In this document: positions 26,290-35,012 of the stretch, piece by piece
How the letters are laid out: every line of letters begins with the position of its first letter
Numbering within the stretch: position 1 is the stretch's first letter
NCBI GenBank assembly: GCA_039638295.1
Contig: JBDIWJ010000014.1
Coordinates: 1 to 36,482 of the forward strand
Length of the DNA: 36,482 nt
Source of the DNA: Candidatus Phoenicimicrobium oleiphilum
Lineage (GTDB): Bacteria > Atribacterota > Phoenicimicrobiia > Phoenicimicrobiales > Phoenicimicrobiaceae
Direction of reading: 5' to 3'
Notes under the pieces: generated by a model
The model's database searches: none
Told to the model about the DNA's origin: nothing
The model's input: the letters and a program-made list of their open reading frames with translations, nothing else
Made by a program: the position numbers and the translations under genes

Positions 26290-28632
26290 ATGGTAATTAA
26301 ATATGATCTTGGTAAAAATAAATATCAAAATTGGATAGTGGGAGAGACTGATTTTCAACCAGAATATCTGGGGAAGTTTGAAACCATCTTTACCCTAGGG
26401 AATGGATATATGGGAGTAAGAGCAGCAACAGAAGAAACTTACCAAGAAGAGAGAAGGGGATGTTATGTAGCTGGCTTATTTGATAAATTCCCTGGAGAAG
26501 TAACAGAATTGGCTAATATTCCTGATTGGTTGAATATTGAAATAAAATTAGATGGTGAAATATTTGACTTAAAGAGAGGAAAGATTCTATCATATCAAAG
26601 GCAACTTAATATTAAAGATGGGCAGCTTACCAGAGATATTGAATGGGAAAGTCCCACTGGTAAAAAAACTCGATTGACCTTTGAAAGATTTGTATCTCTG
26701 GATAATATACATTTTGCAGCCCTAAGAGTAAAAATTGTTCCTCTAAATTATTCTGGATATCTTAAAATTTGTTCTGGAATAAATGGTCAGGTTACTAATA
26801 GCGGGGTACAGCACTTTAAAGAAGGGAAATTGCAATTTTCTTCTGAAGGGATTATCTCAATGACTTCCAGAACCCAGGAATCAAATATTGGCGTCGTTGT
26901 TGCTATCAAACACATTTTCTCTATCGATAATAAGAAATTAAAAGTAAAAGAAGAAGTAGGAAGCCAACGAAGAAAGATTTTTTTATCTTCCCGATATAAA
27001 ATTAAACGGAATGAGGAATTTATTTTAACAAAAATGGTTACCATATATACAACTCATGATGCTGATTTTAGGGGAGAAGAAAAAGTTTCAGATAAAGAAA
27101 TAGAGAAGACAGCGATAGATAGTTTAAAAAAACTTATAGAAATTGGTTATGATAAGCTTCTTGAAGCTCATAAAAAAAGATGGGATCAAATCTGGGAACA
27201 AATGGATATTACTCTTGATGGACCAGATTTTGATCAATTAGCCATTCGTTTCTCCCAATTTCATATCTATCAGATGACTCCTATTCATGATGAGAGATTA
27301 AGTATTGGGGCAAAAGGACTTTCCGGAGAAGGCTACAAAGGTCATGTATTCTGGGATATGGAAGTCTTTATCCTTCCTTTCCTTATTTATACTTTTCCGG
27401 AGGTTGCCAGAAGATTACTATTTTATCGTTATCACTTTTTAGATGGAGCAAAGGAAAAAGCTAAAGAAAATGGTTTTGAAGGTGCTATGTATCCCTGGGA
27501 ATGTGCCGACACAGGATGCGAAGTTACTCCTAAATGGGGTGGGGTAGATTTTAAAACAGGTAAGCCTCAAAGGATATGGACTGGTGAGTTAGAGCAACAT
27601 ATAACTTGCGATATAGTATACAGTATCTGGCATTATTTCCAGGCAACCTGTGATTATGATTTTATGTACAACTATGGGTTGGAAATTATGTTGGAAACCT
27701 CTCGTTTCTGGGCAAGCAGATTGGAATATAATCCGGAAAAAGATCAATATGAAATAAATAATGTTATTGGACCGGACGAATATAGTAAACATATTAATAA
27801 TAATACCTTTACAAATTATATGGTAAAATGGCAACTTGATAAAACTATACATTTTTCTGAATGGATTAAAACGAATCAATTAGAAGTATGGAAGAAGGTT
27901 ATTTCCAAAATTAAATTTGCTTCTAATGAATTGAGTGATTGGAGAAAAAAAGCAGAAAAAATATATATTAACATAGATAAAACAACAGGTTTTATCCATC
28001 AATATGATGGTTTTACAGATAAAAGGGAAGTTGATCTTTTTAAATATAAAGGAAAAGTGGGAGCAATTACCCAAGATTATAGCTGGGAAGAAATTGCCCA
28101 GATGCGAGTATTAAAACAATCAGATGTTATTATGCTTTTTTATCTTCTAAGTAATGATTTTTCTAAAAAAGAAAAACGTCTTAACTGGGATTATTATGAA
28201 CCAAGGACTCTTCATGATTCCTCATTAAGTCCGAGCATACATGCTATTGTGGCTTTAGATATAGATGATATTAAAAAAGGATATGAATATTTTGAAAGGT
28301 CAATCTGGATTGATTTGGGAGAAAATTTAAAAAATTCCTGGGATGGACTTCATGCTGCCTCACTTGGCGGGAACTGGCAGGCAGTAGTAAATGGTTTTGG
28401 AGGAGTGCGAATTATAGATGATGGAAAATTAAGAATCAATCCTCATCTACCGGAAAAATGGAAAAGTTTAAAATTTAAAATTAATTGGAGAGGGGAAAAA
28501 TACGGTATTGAAATTACTAAAAATAAAATCACTCTCGAACCATTATCTTCTATACGACGACCATTAGCCGTGGAAATTTATGGCAGAGATTATCTTCTTC
28601 ATCCTAACGAGATATTGAAAGTAACTTACTAA
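26290..28632 (+). CDS. GH65 alpha-glucoside phosphorylase (kojibiose-phosphorylase-like)
   Basis: LGNGYMG, AKGLSGEGYKGHVFWD, GAMYPWE, GPDEY (catalytic Glu), KQSD, HDSSLS, GLHAA. ATG 26290 follows AGGAG. Confidence 0.93.
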   Translation: MVIKYDLGKNKYQNWIVGETDFQPEYLGKFETIFTLGNGYMGVRAATEETYQEERRGCYVAGLFDKFPGEVTELANIPDWLNIEIKLDGEIFDLKRGKILSYQRQLNIKDGQLTRDIEWESPTGKKTRLTFERFVSLDNIHFAALRVKIVPLNYSGYLKICSGINGQVTNSGVQHFKEGKLQFSSEGIISMTSRTQESNIGVVVAIKHIFSIDNKKLKVKEEVGSQRRKIFLSSRYKIKRNEEFILTKMVTIYTTHDADFRGEEKVSDKEIEKTAIDSLKKLIEIGYDKLLEAHKKRWDQIWEQMDITLDGPDFDQLAIRFSQFHIYQMTPIHDERLSIGAKGLSGEGYKGHVFWDMEVFILPFLIYTFPEVARRLLFYRYHFLDGAKEKAKENGFEGAMYPWECADTGCEVTPKWGGVDFKTGKPQRIWTGELEQHITCDIVYSIWHYFQATCDYDFMYNYGLEIMLETSRFWASRLEYNPEKDQYEINNVIGPDEYSKHINNNTFTNYMVKWQLDKTIHFSEWIKTNQLEVWKKVISKIKFASNELSDWRKKAEKIYINIDKTTGFIHQYDGFTDKREVDLFKYKGKVGAITQDYSWEEIAQMRVLKQSDVIMLFYLLSNDFSKKEKRLNWDYYEPRTLHDSSLSPSIHAIVALDIDDIKKGYEYFERSIWIDLGENLKNSWDGLHAASLGGNWQAVVNGFGGVRIIDDGKLRINPHLPEKWKSLKFKINWRGEKYGIEITKNKITLEPLSSIRRPLAVEIYGRDYLLHPNEILKVTY

Positions 28633-28654
28633 GAAAGGAGTATTTAATTTAAAA

Positions 28655-29311
28655 ATGAGAAGAAAATTAAAGGCAGTGATCTTTGATCTCGATGGAGTAA
28701 TCACCGATACTTCTGAATATCATTATCGTGCCTGGAAGCGATTGGCTGATGAAGAGGGAATTCCTTTTTCCAGAGATGATAATGATAAGTTAAGGGGTGT
28801 TTCTCGAAGTGAATGCCTGAAAATATTATTAAAAGGAAGACAAGTTTCAGATAAGCAATTTCAGGAAATGATGGATAGAAAAAATGGATATTATGTAGAA
28901 TTATTAGGAAAAATGACTTTTAAAAATATTCTATCCGGAGCAAAGGAATTAGTGTTGGAACTTAAAAAAAGAGGAATAAAAACAGCAATTGCCTCGGCTA
29001 GTAAAAATGCGACAACAGTCTTGCAAAGAACCGGAATAGAAGGTCTATTTGATGTCATTGTAGATGGATATAGCGTAAAAAATACTAAACCCGCTCCTGC
29101 TCTCTTTTTATTTGCAGCAAAAAAGTTAGGAGTAAAGCCAGAAGATTGTGTAGTAGTAGAAGATGCTAAAGCAGGGATTGAAGCTGCGTTGGCTGGAAAT
29201 ATGATTCCTGTTGGCATTGGCCCAGAGGAAAGAGTAGGAAAAGCCTGCTTTCGTTTTGAAAAAATTGGAGATATTACACTGACCAAATTATTCGAAATTA
29301 TAAATTTTTAG
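28655..29311 (+). CDS. pgmB: Beta-phosphoglucomutase
   Basis: FDLDGVITDT..YH..AW, LRGVSR, ASASKNA, KP, VEDA. Adjacent to the GH65 gene. Confidence 0.92.
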   Translation: MRRKLKAVIFDLDGVITDTSEYHYRAWKRLADEEGIPFSRDDNDKLRGVSRSECLKILLKGRQVSDKQFQEMMDRKNGYYVELLGKMTFKNILSGAKELVLELKKRGIKTAIASASKNATTVLQRTGIEGLFDVIVDGYSVKNTKPAPALFLFAAKKLGVKPEDCVVVEDAKAGIEAALAGNMIPVGIGPEERVGKACFRFEKIGDITLTKLFEIINF

Positions 29312-29476
29312 AAGAATAAGTTGGACTTACCACAATATTTTTATCCCCTTCTTCTTCCTTTTTTAGCTAACTTTTCACCAGAAAGTCTCACAATGATTCA
29401 AATAAATTTTTCAGATGATAGTTAATTTATTTATTTGAATTATATTATTAGAATAAAATATTTCTAAAAAGTATTT

Positions 29477-29503
29477 TCCTAAAAAGATTTTTAGGAGTAT
29501 AAT
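29477..29503 (+). promoter_or_regulatory. Palindrome abutting a TATAAT box upstream of kinase paralog 2
   Basis: TCCTAAAAA-GA-TTTTTAGGA (29477-29496), then TATAAT at 29498-29503. Confidence 0.5.
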
Positions 29504-29528
29504 ATTTGTATATAAGAAGAGGCAAATA

Positions 29529-30413
29529 ATGAAAACGAAAAGATACGATACTTTTATAATAGGTCATATTTCTATCGATGAGAATATTTATCAGGGAGAA
29601 GTTATAAAAGAAATAGGAGGGGCGGTGGTTCATTCGTCCTGCACCTCTTATGCTATTGGTCATAAAACTGGTATCTTAACTAAGTTATCCTTCCAGGACA
29701 AAGATTGCTTAGAAGCATTTACTATTCCCAAAGAAGATATTTTCGCCTTAAGTTCTAAAAATACCACTTCTATAAGAAATATTTACTATAGTGCAGATAA
29801 AGAAAGAAGGACCTGTATTGCTCTCTCCATTGCTGACCCTTTTACCATCGATGATATCCCGAATAATATTGATTCTCAAATCTATCATTTTGCTGGTCTT
29901 ATCTCAGGAGAATTCGATAACGAAATGATAAAGTTTCTGCACCACAAAGGAAAAGTTGCCCTGGATGTTCAAGGATTTTTAAGGACTGTGGGGGAAAATA
30001 AAGAAATGATATTTAGAGATTGGGAGAAAAAGAAGGAATATTTCCCCTTTATTGATTATCTAAAAACTGATGCTGCCGAAGCAGAGATAATGACGGGAAC
30101 GAAAGATAGGAAGAAGGCAGCAAAAATGCTCTTTAGTTGGGGAGCAAGGGAGGTTATGATTACCTACAATAAAGAAGTTTTAATATATGATGGTGAAAAA
30201 TATTATACTTGTCCTCTAAAACCAAGAAATCTTACCGGTAGAACCGGTAGGGGTGATACCTGTTTTAGTGCCTATATTACTGAAAGGTTAAACAAAGATA
30301 TTGAGGGTGCCTTACTTTTTGCCAGTGCATTAGTTTCTTTAAAGATGGAAAGACCCGGTCCTTTCAAAGGGACTAGAGATGAAGTTGAGGATTATATAAA
30401 TAAATATTATTAG
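29529..30413 (+). CDS. PfkB/ribokinase-family kinase, PPi-dependent myo-inositol-kinase-like (paralog 2)
   Basis: GHISID, GGAV, TTSIRN, DVQGFLR, LKTD, GRTGRGDT, SLKME.PGP. Confidence 0.87.
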   Translation: MKTKRYDTFIIGHISIDENIYQGEVIKEIGGAVVHSSCTSYAIGHKTGILTKLSFQDKDCLEAFTIPKEDIFALSSKNTTSIRNIYYSADKERRTCIALSIADPFTIDDIPNNIDSQIYHFAGLISGEFDNEMIKFLHHKGKVALDVQGFLRTVGENKEMIFRDWEKKKEYFPFIDYLKTDAAEAEIMTGTKDRKKAAKMLFSWGAREVMITYNKEVLIYDGEKYYTCPLKPRNLTGRTGRGDTCFSAYITERLNKDIEGALLFASALVSLKMERPGPFKGTRDEVEDYINKYY

Positions 30414-30523
30414 CTATGTTTATTTCACAAAAAGGCTGAAAAATATTTAAAATCAAAATATATATGCAATATATTGTTAAACAATTTTATAATAATTTAG
30501 GTTTTGTTAGTTATAATTGAATT

Positions 30524-30599
30524 GTAGGTGCACAATGAATTGTGCCCTCTCCATATTATTTTTAATATCTTCCGTGGGCACGATGCATCGCGTCCCTAC
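30524..30599. repeat. GTAG-REP doublet
   Basis: GTAGGTGCACAATGAATTGTGCCCT ... GGGCACGATGCATCGCGTCCCTAC. Near-identical to 10820-10894. Confidence 0.88.
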
Positions 30600-30640
30600 T
30601 TTGCTATAGCAATTTAGTTAAAGTAAAAGAGAGGTTAAAG

Positions 30641-31471
30641 ATGAAACATTCTGAATTTAAATTCAAAACTTTTGATGGATTATCGCTCTTTGGCCAAAAT
30701 TGGCAGCCAGAAAACCACCCAAAAGCAGTGATCTGTTTGGTTCATGGATTAGGAGAACATAGTGGGCGGTATGTCCCTATAGCTAATAGTTTAACTCAAG
30801 TAGGCTATGTTTTAGTTTCTTTTGATTTACGTGGACACGGTAAGTCTTCTGGTCCACGTGGTCATACCCCTTCGTATGAGGCCTTAATACAGGATATTTC
30901 TTCTTTACTGGAAGTTTCAAATAAAAAATTTTCTAAATTGCCCTTTTTTCTTTATGGCCATAGCCTAGGAGGCAATTTAGTTCTTAATTATGTTCTTCGC
31001 CGCAAACCATATCTTAAGGGAGTAATTACTACTGCTCCCTGGCTCCGTTTGGCTTTTGAGCCCCCAATCTTTAAAATTATTTTAGGGAAAATAACCAATT
31101 ATACGTGGCCTTCATTTTCTCAGAAAAGCGGTTTAGATACTAAAGCTCTATCTCGTGACCCCAAAGTAGTCTATACTTATGAAAACGACCCTTTGGTTCA
31201 TGACCGTATTTCAGCCCGGATGTTTATCAGTACTTTTCAAGCAGGACAATGGGTATTAGAACATGCCTCTGAATTTTCTCTTCCGCTTCTGCTTATGCTG
31301 GGGGGTGCTGATAAAATAATATCTGTTAAAGCGAGCAAAGAATTCGCTGACAAAATATCCGAAAAATGTACCTTTAAAATTTGGGATGGCCTTTATCATG
31401 AAATTCACAATGAGCCGGAAAAAGAAGAGGTCTTCAAATTTTTAATAGACTGGCTTGATAAAGAAATTTAG
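30641..31471 (+). CDS. Alpha/beta hydrolase, lysophospholipase/monoacylglycerol lipase family
   Basis: VHGLGEHSGRY, DLRGHGKS.G.RG, GHSLGG nucleophile elbow, D (ADK), YHEIHNE. Confidence 0.92.
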   Translation: MKHSEFKFKTFDGLSLFGQNWQPENHPKAVICLVHGLGEHSGRYVPIANSLTQVGYVLVSFDLRGHGKSSGPRGHTPSYEALIQDISSLLEVSNKKFSKLPFFLYGHSLGGNLVLNYVLRRKPYLKGVITTAPWLRLAFEPPIFKIILGKITNYTWPSFSQKSGLDTKALSRDPKVVYTYENDPLVHDRISARMFISTFQAGQWVLEHASEFSLPLLLMLGGADKIISVKASKEFADKISEKCTFKIWDGLYHEIHNEPEKEEVFKFLIDWLDKEI

Positions 31472-31503
31472 ACTTGAATTTATTGAATTTGTATAAGAAT
31501 TAC

Positions 31504-31864
31504 TTTTTTTCGTAAATCCTAATTCGTATCTCGTATATCGTGAATAGTATCTCGCAAAGAAGAAGTCAGGAGACAGAATCCAGGAGTCAGAAGATTATTA
31601 GCGGATGGTGTTTAGGAGGTAGGGGTTCAATTTATCGAACCTGAATGATGACTGGGTGGACAGAAAAAAGATAAATTCCCGTTTCCACGGGAATGACAGA
31701 AAGAAGCGCGGGAATGACATAGAAATATGGGAATAAAGACGGGTCGAATGAATTCGCCCCCTACTTAATTGGTCAATCGGTCAACTGGCTTGTTGGTTAA
31801 TTGAATAATCTTGTATCTTGTATTGTGTATTTAAAACTAACGACTATTCACTAACGACTAATTT
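31504..31864. repeat. Composite intergenic repeat element, copy 2, with nested REP pair and dRS3-like palindrome
   Basis: Ends match 2792-2834 and 3008-3041. GTAG REPs at 31619-31642 (+) and 31741-31764 (-). ATTCCC-N8-GGGAATGAC from 31675. Heptamer and octamer runs. Confidence 0.8.
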
Positions 31865-31888
31865 AACTATCAATTATCGAAGAAAGAG

Positions 31889-33133
31889 ATGGGATATAAA
31901 ATGAATTCCATATTATCAGTAGGATTATTATTAGTAATAGGATTCTTTGGCGGTCTTATAGCCAGAAAGTTTAAACTCCCTACTATCAGCGGATATATTA
32001 TTATAGGAATGTGTCTAAGTTTATTCCATGTTATCCCTAAAGAATTAATAAATGGAGACTTGAACATAATTGTGGAAATTAGTTTAGGCATTATTGGTTA
32101 CTTAGTAGGAGGCACTCTTAATTTTGGAATAATAAAAAGATATGGAAAACAAATTATTTTAATTACTTTTACTCAATTAATGGGAGCTTGGATATTGGTC
32201 ACAGTATTATTGGCTTTTTTAACTCCTTTGATTATTAAACTTGACATCCCACATCCCAGTTTTTATCAAACTTATTTACCTCTAGCGATAATAATTGGTG
32301 CAATCTCCTGTGCTACTGCTCCGGCAGCGACCATTGCTGTAATCCGTGAGTATAAAGCAAGTGGTCCTTTAACCAATACTCTATTGGCAGTAGTTGTTTT
32401 AGATGACGCTCTTTGTATAATGGCTTATGCTCTGGGCCTTAATATTGCCAAAATATTAACAGGAGATTTCGGAAGTATCCCCTGGTATAAAATAGTAATA
32501 CATCCAATATTAGATATAACCGGTTCTATAATTTTAGGAACAGTCTTAGGGTTTGGTATGGTTTATTTAATTCGGTTCGCTGATACACAAAAGAGGTTAT
32601 TAGTAATTATTTTTGGAATGATTTTATTATGCGTAGGAACAGCAAAGACTTTTAATATTTCTAACATCCTGGCAAATATGGTTATGGGCTTTGTAGTGAC
32701 CAATCGAACAAAGCCTAATGAAAATGCATTTGAAGTAATTGATGATATTGATGATGTAGTCTTTGCTATGTTCTTTACTTTAGCAGGAGCAAATTTTGAT
32801 TTAGGAGTTATGAAGAGCGCAGGAATATTGAGTTTATTAATTGTTGTGGGTAGATGTAGTGGTAAGTATGTTGGGGCAAGAATAGGAGCAACTATTTCTA
32901 ATGCGCCATCGGTGATTAAAAAATATTTAGGATTTGGTCTATTGCCCAAGGCTGGCGTGACAGTAGGATTGGCTCTTTTAGCCAAGCAACATCTTACTTT
33001 TTCGGGCACAAAGATAGGAAATATAGTATTAAGTGCTATATTAGCATCGGTTATTATCAATGAATTAATCGCCCCGCCTTTAACCAAATATGCTCTTATT
33101 AAGTCAGGAGAAGCCTCTTCTGAAGAAAGATAG
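31889..33133 (+). CDS. Cation:proton antiporter (CPA2/Na_H_Exchanger family)
   Basis: Multi-TM protein with LPTISGY, ATAPAAT, VVLDD, FFTLAG, GLLPKAGV. Start may be ATG 31901. Confidence 0.9.
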   Translation: MGYKMNSILSVGLLLVIGFFGGLIARKFKLPTISGYIIIGMCLSLFHVIPKELINGDLNIIVEISLGIIGYLVGGTLNFGIIKRYGKQIILITFTQLMGAWILVTVLLAFLTPLIIKLDIPHPSFYQTYLPLAIIIGAISCATAPAATIAVIREYKASGPLTNTLLAVVVLDDALCIMAYALGLNIAKILTGDFGSIPWYKIVIHPILDITGSIILGTVLGFGMVYLIRFADTQKRLLVIIFGMILLCVGTAKTFNISNILANMVMGFVVTNRTKPNENAFEVIDDIDDVVFAMFFTLAGANFDLGVMKSAGILSLLIVVGRCSGKYVGARIGATISNAPSVIKKYLGFGLLPKAGVTVGLALLAKQHLTFSGTKIGNIVLSAILASVIINELIAPPLTKYALIKSGEASSEER

Positions 33134-33216
33134 CTTTTAATTATAATAAAATAGTTTTAAAAATATTGATTGTTTTTATAAATAGATTATAAAAACATAA
33201 AATATGTAATATTATA

Positions 33217-34158
33217 TTAAGTAGCTCTTATCTCTTGTCTCATAAAGATTACATAAGAAACTGCAAAACAGATAAGCATTAAAGCTATTAAGCCCACAAA
33301 TTGGGGCCAGATAACCATAAGGCTTTGAGTTAAAGGTAAGGGAGTAGGAAGTAAGTTGCTACCTTTTATAAGAGCGGAAATACCAAATGCTCTTGCCGAA
33401 GGGTTAAGCAGAGCGATAGTTATTTCTTGAAAGAGCACAACTGGCGAAATGTGCATAATCATACTTTTAATATTTTCATTTTTAGCTACCATCTCTAAGG
33501 TAGAATTTTGATTAAGAGGAGCTACCTGGTCTGCTATAACACTAGAAATCATAAGAACAAAAAAAGCAAAGAAAATCCACATCATTACTGATACTAAGGC
33601 AGAAGTTGTGGTTTGTCGGAATATTATAGAAAACAAAATTCCCAAGCTCATCCAGAATCCAATATATATAACACTGGCTATAAAAAAGACGATTATTCTT
33701 GAGATCTCTTCTAAATTAGGTACGATTCCCAATACGCCCAATTCTAATCCTAAAATAATCAAAATAATACTTATTAACATTATACTAATGGTAGCAAAAC
33801 CAGCTAAGAATTTACCATTAATTAAGGTATCTCTATAAATGGGTTGAGACAATACTGTGCTCATAGTCCCTTTAGAACGCTCGCTATTTATAGCATCAAA
33901 TCCAAATATAATACCAATAAGCGGACCAAAAAAGCTGACAAAGAAGATAAACGAGGGCAAAGCACCTAAAGATATGGTAAAAAAGTTTAGAAATACATAA
34001 TCTTTGGATATTTCGGATGAGTATTCGCCGATGTTTTGACTTAATATAAAAACAATGGAAATTGCACTAATTAATATAATGATAAATAATATTAAAAATT
34101 TTCGACTTCCTAAGTAATCAGCCAGTTCTTTCCAAAAGACAACTTTTAATCCACTCAT
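33217..34158 (-). CDS. ABC-2 type exporter permease (NosY-like)
   Basis: KEL.D, GFDAINSERSKGT...LSQP..R....GKF, F.RQE. Confidence 0.9.
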   Translation of the reverse strand: MSGLKVVFWKELADYLGSRKFLILFIIILISAISIVFILSQNIGEYSSEISKDYVFLNFFTISLGALPSFIFFVSFFGPLIGIIFGFDAINSERSKGTMSTVLSQPIYRDTLINGKFLAGFATISIMLISIILIILGLELGVLGIVPNLEEISRIIVFFIASVIYIGFWMSLGILFSIIFRQTTTSALVSVMMWIFFAFFVLMISSVIADQVAPLNQNSTLEMVAKNENIKSMIMHISPVVLFQEITIALLNPSARAFGISALIKGSNLLPTPLPLTQSLMVIWPQFVGLIALMLICFAVSYVIFMRQEIRAT

Positions 34159-34163
34159 TTTAA

Positions 34164-35012
34164 TTATTCCTCTCGAAAATATTTTATATAAATTTCTTCC
34201 AAGGAATGATCAGGGGATTTCTTTTCAACTTCCATTACTCCTTCAATCTTTTTGATTGATTCCATAATAGTGGAAGTTAATTTATTGGCAACTTTAATCT
34301 CTAACAAATTTTCTTTTTCATCCTTTAATAAGCTCTTGCCTATTTCTTTTATAGAGCCCTGGGCTACTATCCGTCCTTGAGAAATAATGCCTATTTTAGT
34401 GCAAATTTTTTGAACCTGGTAGAGAAGGTGAGAAGATAACAATACAGTTATATTTCTTTCTCTACTCATTCTTACGATAAGTTCTAAAATTTCTTCAACC
34501 CCTTTAGGGTCTATTCCAGTAGTAGGTTCATCAAGAATTGCCAATCTCGGTTCTTTAACTAATACTGCTCCCATTCCTAAACGCTGTTTCATTCCCTTAG
34601 AAAATTTACCAACTTCTGTTTTTGCTACTTCTGAAAGACCTACTATTTCTAAAACTTCCTCTATCTTTTTATCTGCTTTTTTATCAGGAATACCGTTTAA
34701 GCGAGTAATATATTTTAAATTTTCCTGGGCAGTCAAATCTTCATAAAAACCAACATTTTCTGGGAGATAACTGGTAACCTTTTTTACTTTAAGGGGTTCC
34801 TTAGTAGAATTATAACCAAAGACATTTATTTCTCCTGAACTAGGTTCGGTTAATCCCAAAGCCATCAAAATAGTAGTGGTCTTTCCTGCTCCATTAGGAC
34901 CAAGAAATCCAAATATTTCTCCTTCTTCTATTTGCAGATTTATACTGTCAACTACTTTGGTATGATTATAAACTTTGGTTAAGTTTTTTGCTTCTAAAAT
35001 GACAGTTTTCAT
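34164..35012 (-). CDS. ABC-2 type exporter ATPase
   Basis: GPNGAGKT, FSKGMKQR, LDEPT, SSH. Confidence 0.93.
   Translation of the reverse strand: MKTVILEAKNLTKVYNHTKVVDSINLQIEEGEIFGFLGPNGAGKTTTILMALGLTEPSSGEINVFGYNSTKEPLKVKKVTSYLPENVGFYEDLTAQENLKYITRLNGIPDKKADKKIEEVLEIVGLSEVAKTEVGKFSKGMKQRLGMGAVLVKEPRLAILDEPTTGIDPKGVEEILELIVRMSRERNITVLLSSHLLYQVQKICTKIGIISQGRIVAQGSIKEIGKSLLKDEKENLLEIKVANKLTSTIMESIKKIEGVMEVEKKSPDHSLEEIYIKYFREE

Noticed and set aside
28655..29311. KPAPA instead of the usual KPAPD in beta-PGM as a sign of inactivation
   Set aside because: Catalytic DLD, the Lys and VED motifs are intact; one non-catalytic change is not enough evidence.
33140..33215. AT-rich hairpin (TGTTTTTATAA...TTATAAAAACA) between convergent genes
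   Set aside because: Probably an ordinary weak bidirectional terminator, and such stems are common by chance at this AT content.
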